A stretch of 51,080 nucleotides of DNA from Nemertoderma westbladi (lineage: Eukaryota; Animalia; Xenacoelomorpha): positions 1 through 51,080 of the forward strand of contig JAUCBJ010003254.1 in assembly GCA_032718475.1 (NCBI GenBank), read 5' to 3'. The position numbers and the translations under genes were made by a program. Of the stretch, positions 45,623-51,080 are shown one piece after another. Numbering within the stretch: the stretch's first letter is position 1; each line of letters starts with the position of its first letter. The notes under the pieces were generated by a model, which worked only from the letters and a program-made list of their open reading frames with translations, made no database searches and had not been told where the DNA came from.

Positions 45623-47395
45623 ATGTGCAACTTACTCGACTTGATGTGCAACTTACTGGACTTGATGTGCAACTTACTCGACTTGATGTGCAACTTACTC
45701 GACTTGTTGTTCAACTTACTCGACTTGATGTGCAACTTATTGACTTGATGTGCAACTTACTTGACTTGATGTGCAACTTACTTGACTTGATGTGCAACTT
45801 ACTTGACTTGCTGTGCAACTTACTTGACTTGATGTGCAACTTACTTGAGTTGATGTGCAACTTACTTGACTAGATGTGCAACTTACTTGACTTGATGTTC
45901 AACTTACTTGACTTGATGTGCAACTTACTTGACTTGATGTGCAAGTTACTTGACTTGATGTGCAACTTACTTGACTTGATGTGCAAGTTACTTGACTTGA
46001 TGTGCAACTTACTCGACTTGATGTGCAACTTACTCGACTTGATGTGCAACTTACTCGATTTGATGTGCAACTTACTCGACTTGTTGTTCAACTTACTCGA
46101 CTTGTTGTTCAACTTACTCGACTTGTTGTTCAACTTACTCGACTTGATGTGCAAATTACTTGACTTGATGTGCAACTTACTTGACATGATTTACTTGAAT
46201 GGATGTGCAACTTACTTGACTTGATGTGCAACTTACTTGTCTTGATGTGCAACTTACTTGTCTTGATGTGCAACTTACTTGACTTGATGTGCAGCTTACT
46301 TGACTTGATGTGCAGCTTACTTGACTGGATGTGCAACTTACTTGACTTGATGTGCAACTTACTTGACTTGATGTGCAAGTTACTTGACTTGATGTGCAAC
46401 TTACTTGACTTGATGTGCAACTTACTTGACTTGATGTGCAACTTACTTGACTTGATGTGCAATTTACTCGACTTGATGTGCAACTTACTCGACTTGATGT
46501 GCAACTTACTCGACTTGATGTGCAACTTACTCGACTTGATGTGCAACTTACTGGACTTGATGTGCAACTTACTAGACTTATTGTTCAACTTACTCGACTT
46601 GATGTGCAACTTACTCGACTTGATGTGCAACTTACTCGACTTGATGTGCAACTTACTCGACTTGATGTGCAACTTACTTGACTTGATGTGCAACTTACTT
46701 GACTTGATGTGCAACTTACTTGACATGATGTGCAACTTACTTGACTTGATTTACTTGACTGGATGTGCAACTTACTTGACTTGATGTGTAACTTACTTGA
46801 CTTGATGTGCAACTTACTTGACTTGATGTGCAACTTACTTGACTTGATGTGCAACTTACTTGAGTTGATGTGCAACTTACTTGACTTGATGTGCAACTTA
46901 CTTGACTTGATGTGCAGCTTACTTGACTTGATGTGCAGCTTACTTGACTAGATGTGCAACTTACTTGACTTGATGTGCAACTTACTTGACTTGATGTGCA
47001 ACTTACTTGACTTGATGTGTAAGTTACTTGACTTGATGTGCAACTTACTTGACTTGATGCGCAACTTACTTGACTTGATGTGCAACTTACTTGACTTGAT
47101 GTGCAACTTACTCGACTTGATGTGCAACTTACTCGACTTGATGTGCAACTTACTTGATTTGATGTGCAACTTACTCGACTTGATGTGCAACTTACTCGAC
47201 TTGATGTGCAACTTACTCGACTTGATGTGCAACTTACTCGACTTGGTGTGCAACTTACTCGATGTGATGTGCAACTTACTCGACTTGATGTGCAACTTAC
47301 TGGACTTGATGTGTGCAACTTACTTGACCTGATGTGCAACTTACTTACTTGACCTGATGTGCAACTTACTTGACTTGATTTACTTGACTGGATGT
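45623..47395. repeat. 21-bp GATGTGCAAC satellite, array 3
   Basis: Same unit; from ~46376 the order of variants parallels array 2. Confidence 0.97.
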
Positions 47396-47424
47396 GATGA
47401 TGACTGGACTGGATGATGACTGGA

Positions 47425-50400
47425 CAAGTTGTCGAGTTGGTCCGTTCAGGGTCTGGAGTCGGTGAGTCTGTTCCTTCGGTGTCTGGAGACGGTGAGTCGG
47501 TCGCTTCAGTGTCTGGAGTCGGTGAGTCAGTCCCTTCAGTGTCTGGAGCCGCTGACTCGGTCCCTTCAGTGTCTGGAGTCGTTGAGTCGGTCCCTTCAGT
47601 GTCTGGAGTCGGGGAGTCGGTTCCTTCAGTGACTGGAGTTGGTGAGTCGCCTCCTCAAGTGTCTAGGGTCGGTGAGTCGGTCCCTTCAGTGTCTGGAGCC
47701 GCTGACTCGGTCCCTTCGTGTCTGGAGTCGTTGAGTCGGTCCCTTCAGTGTCTGTAGTCGGGGAGTCGGGTCCTTCAGTGACTGGGGTTGGTGAGTCGGC
47801 TCCTTAAGTGTCTAGGGTCGGTGAGTCGGTCCCTTTAGTGTCTGGAGCCGGTGACTCGGTCCCTTCAGTGTCTGGAGTCGGTGAGTCGGTCCTTCAGTGT
47901 CTGGAGTCGGTTCCTTCAGTAGCTCGGGTTGGTGAGTCGGCTTCTCAAGTTTCTGGGATTGGTGAGTCGGTCCCTTCAGTTTCTGGAGTCGGTGAGTCAG
48001 TCCCTTCAGTGTCTGGAGTCGGTTCCTTCAGTGACTGGAGTTGGTGAGTCGGCTCCTCAAGTGTCTAGGGTCGGTGAGTCGGTCCCTTCAGTGTCTGGAG
48101 CCGCTGACTCGGTCCCTTCAGTGTCTGGAGTCGTTGAGTCGGTCCCTTCAGTGTCTGGAGTCGGGGAGCCGGTTCCTTCAGTGACTGGGGTTGGTGAGTC
48201 GTCTCCGTAAGTGTCCAGGGTCGGAGAGTCGGTCCCTTCATTGTCTGGAGCCGCTGACTCGGTCCCTTCAGTGTCTGGAGTCGTTGAGTCGGTCCCTTCA
48301 GTGTCTGGAGTCGGGGAGTCGGTTCCTTCAGTGACTGGGGTTGGTGAGTCGGCTCCTCAAGTGTCTGTGGTTGGCGAGTCGGTCCGTTCAGGGTCTGGAG
48401 TCGGTGAGTCTGTTCCTTCTGTGTCTGGAGACGGTGAGTCGGTCCCTTCAGTGTCTGGAGTCGGTGAGTCAGTACCTTCAGTGTCTGGAGCAGCTGACTC
48501 GGTCCCTTCAGTGTCTGGAGTCGGTGAGTCGGTCCATTCAGTGTCTGGAGTCGGGGAGTCGGTCCCTTCAGTGTCTGGAGTCGGTGAGTCAGTACCTTCA
48601 GTGTCTGGAGCCGCTGACTCGGTCCCTTCAGTGTCTGGAGTCGGTGAGTCGGTCCGTTCAGTGTCTGGAGTCGGGGAGTCGGTTCCTTCAGTGACTGGAG
48701 TTGGTGAGTCGGCTCCTCAAGTGTCTAGGGTCGGTGAGTGGATCCCTTCAGTGTCTGGAGCCGCAGTCTCGGTCCCTTCAGTGTCTGGAGTCGTTGAGTC
48801 GGTCCCTTCAGTGTCTGGAGTCGGGGAGTCGGTTCCTTAAGTGACTGGGGTTGGTGAGTCGGCTCCTTAAGTGTCTAGGGTCTGTGAGTCGGTCCCTTTA
48901 GTGTCTGGAGCCGGTGACTCGGTCCCTTCAGTGTCTGGAGTCGGTGAGTCGGTCCCTTCAGTGTCTGGAGTCGGTTCCTTCAGTAGCTCGGGTTGGTGAG
49001 TCGGCTTCTCAAGTTTCTGGGGTTGGTGAGTCGGTCCCTTCAGTTTCTGGAGTCGGTGAGTCAGTCCCTTCAGTGTCTGGAGTCGGTTCCTTCAGTGACT
49101 GGAGTTGGTGAGTCGGCTCCTCAAGTGTCTAGGGTCGGTGAGTCGGTCCCTTCAGTGTCTGGAGCCGCTGACTCGGTCCCTTCAGTGTCTGGAGTCGTTG
49201 AGTCGGTCCCTTCAGTGTCTGGAGTCGGGGAGCCGGTTCCTTCAGTGACTGGGGTTGGTGAGTCGTCTCCGTAAGTGTCCAGGGTCGGAGAGTCGGTCCC
49301 TTCAGTGTCTGGAGCCGGTGAATCGGTCCCTTCAGTGTCTGGAGTCGGTGAGTCGGTCCCTTCAGTGTCTGGAGTCGGTGAGTCGGTTCCTTCAGTAGCT
49401 GGGGTTGGTGAGTCGGCTTCTCAAGTTTCTGGGGTTGGAGAGTCGGTCCCTTCAGTGTCTGGAGCCGGTGACTCGATCCCTTCAGTGTCTGGAGTCGGTG
49501 AGTCGGTCCCTTCAGTGTCTGGAGTCGGTGAGTCGGTTCCTTCAGTAGCTGGGGTTGGTGAGTCGGCTTCTCAAGTTTCTGGGGTTGGTGAGTCGGTCCC
49601 TTTAGTTTCTGGAGGCGGTTAGTCAGTCCCTTCATTGTCTGGAGCCGCTGACTCGGTCCCTTCAGTGTCTGGAGTCGTTGAGTCGGTCCCTTCAGTGTCT
49701 GGAGTCGGGGAGTCGGTTCCTTCAGTGACTGGGGTTGGTGAGTCGGCTCCTCAAGTGTCTGTGGTTGGCGAGTCGGTCCGTTCAGGGTCTGGAGTCGGTG
49801 AGTCTGTTCCTTCCGTGTCTGGAGACGGTGAGTCGGTCCCTTCAGTGTCTGGAGTCGGGGAGTCGTCCCTTCAGTGTCTGGAGTCGGTGAGTCGGTACCT
49901 TCAGTGTCTGGAGTCGGTGAGTCGGTCCCTTCAGTGTCTGGAGTCGGTGAGTCGGTCCGTTCAGTGTCTGGAGTCGGGGAGTCGGTTCCTTCAGTGACTG
50001 GAGTTGGTGAGTCGGCTCCTCAAGTGTCTAGGGTCGGTGAGTCGGTCCCTTCAGTGTCTGGAGCCGCTGACTCGGTCCCTTCAGTGTCTGGAGTCGGTGA
50101 GTCGGTCCCTTCAGTGTCTGGAGTCGGGGAGTCGGCTTCCTTAAGTGACTGGGGTTGGTGAGTCGGCTCCCTTAAGTGTCTGAGGGTCGGTTAGTCGGTC
50201 CCTTCAGTGTCTGGAGCCGCTGACTCGGTCCCTTCAGTGTCTGGAGTCGTTGAGTCGGTCCCTTCAGTGTCTGGAGTCGGGGAGTCGGTTCCTTCAGTGA
50301 CTGGAGTTGGTGAGTCGGCTCCTCAAGTGTCTAGGGTCGGTGAGTCGGTCCCTTCAGTGTCTGGAGCCGCTGACTCGGTCCCTTCAGTGTCTGGAGTCGT

Positions 50401-51080
50401 TGAGTCGGTCCCTTCAGTGTCTGGAGTCGGGGAGTCGGTTCCTTCAGTGCTGGGGTTGGTGAGTCGGCTCTCTCGTAAGTCGTCCCTAGGGTCGGAGAGT
50501 CGGTCCCTTCAGTGTCTGGAGCCGCTGACTCGGTCCCTTCAGTGTCTGGAGTCGTTGAGTCGGTCCCTTCAGTGTCTGGAGTCGGGGAGTCGGTTCCTTC
50601 AGTGACTGGGGTTGGTGAGTCGGCTCCTCAAGTGTCTGGGGTTGGCGAGTCGGTCCCTTCAGTGTCTGGAGCCGGTGACTCTGTCCCTTCAGTGTCTGGA
50701 GTCGGTGAGTCGGTCCCTTCAGTGTCTGGAGTCGGTTCCTTCAGTAGCTCGGGTTGGTGAGTCGGCTTCTCAAGTTTCTGGGGTTGGTGAGTCGGTCCCT
50801 TCAGTTTCTGGAGTCGGTGAGTCAGTCCCTTCAGTGTCTGGAGCCGCTGACTCGGTCCCTTCAGTGTCTGGAGTCGGTGAGTCGGCTCCCTTCAGTGTCT
50901 AGGAGTCGGGGAGTCGGTCCCTTCAGTGTCTGGAGCCGCTGACTCGGTCCCTTCAGTGTCTGGAGTCGTTGAGTCGGTCCCTTCAGTGTCTGGAGTCGGG
51001 GAGCTCGGTTCCTTCAGTGACTGGGGTTGGTGAGTCGTCTCCGTAAGTGTCTAGGGTCGGAGAGTCGGTCCCTTCAGTGT
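47425..51080. repeat. 30-bp satellite, block 3 (runs off the right edge)
   Basis: Begins ACAAGTTGTCGAGTTGGTCCGTTCAGGGTCTGG, matching the junction at ~30071. Confidence 0.97.

Noticed and set aside
30084-50942. Mucin-like SVPSVSGVGE and SRSLQCLE ORFs
   Set aside because: Translations of a 30-bp satellite with frequent frameshifting monomers and stops, no unique N- or C-terminus and no splice context.
24530-51080. Helitron termini (5' TC, 3' hairpin plus CTRR)
   Set aside because: I could not locate convincing termini by eye, so no element boundaries are reported.

Overview
Eukaryotic DNA, probably from an invertebrate animal; more than half of it is tandem repeat. The ORF track is dominated by satellite artefacts and misses the main feature: a 13-exon minus-strand gene (ATG at 24518, running off the left edge, at least ~1840 aa) that I rebuilt from GT-AG boundaries. 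All 12 introns are phase 0. The protein has three CxxC-x3-C-x4/5-H-x4-C zinc knuckles, an apparently inactive OTU domain, Pro/Ser-rich linkers, an intact OTU cysteine protease (DGNC...HY), an acidic tract and a Cys-rich region in one uninterrupted exon of more than 2.5 kb. This resembles the N-terminal part of a giant Helitron/Helentron-type protein (inference; no Rep or helicase motif lies in the window). The most unusual signal: eight exons of four unrelated sequence classes carry CGGCCG exactly 28-23 nt before the splice donor, and a ninth matches 5/6, suggesting a gene built from cassette-like exon modules. Several introns hold different satellites and one holds a U1 snRNA 5' fragment. Upstream lie a tandemly duplicated MITE, a divergently oriented SGNH hydrolase ORF, and a duplicated module of SGNH region, 21-bp satellite and hierarchical 30-bp satellite.
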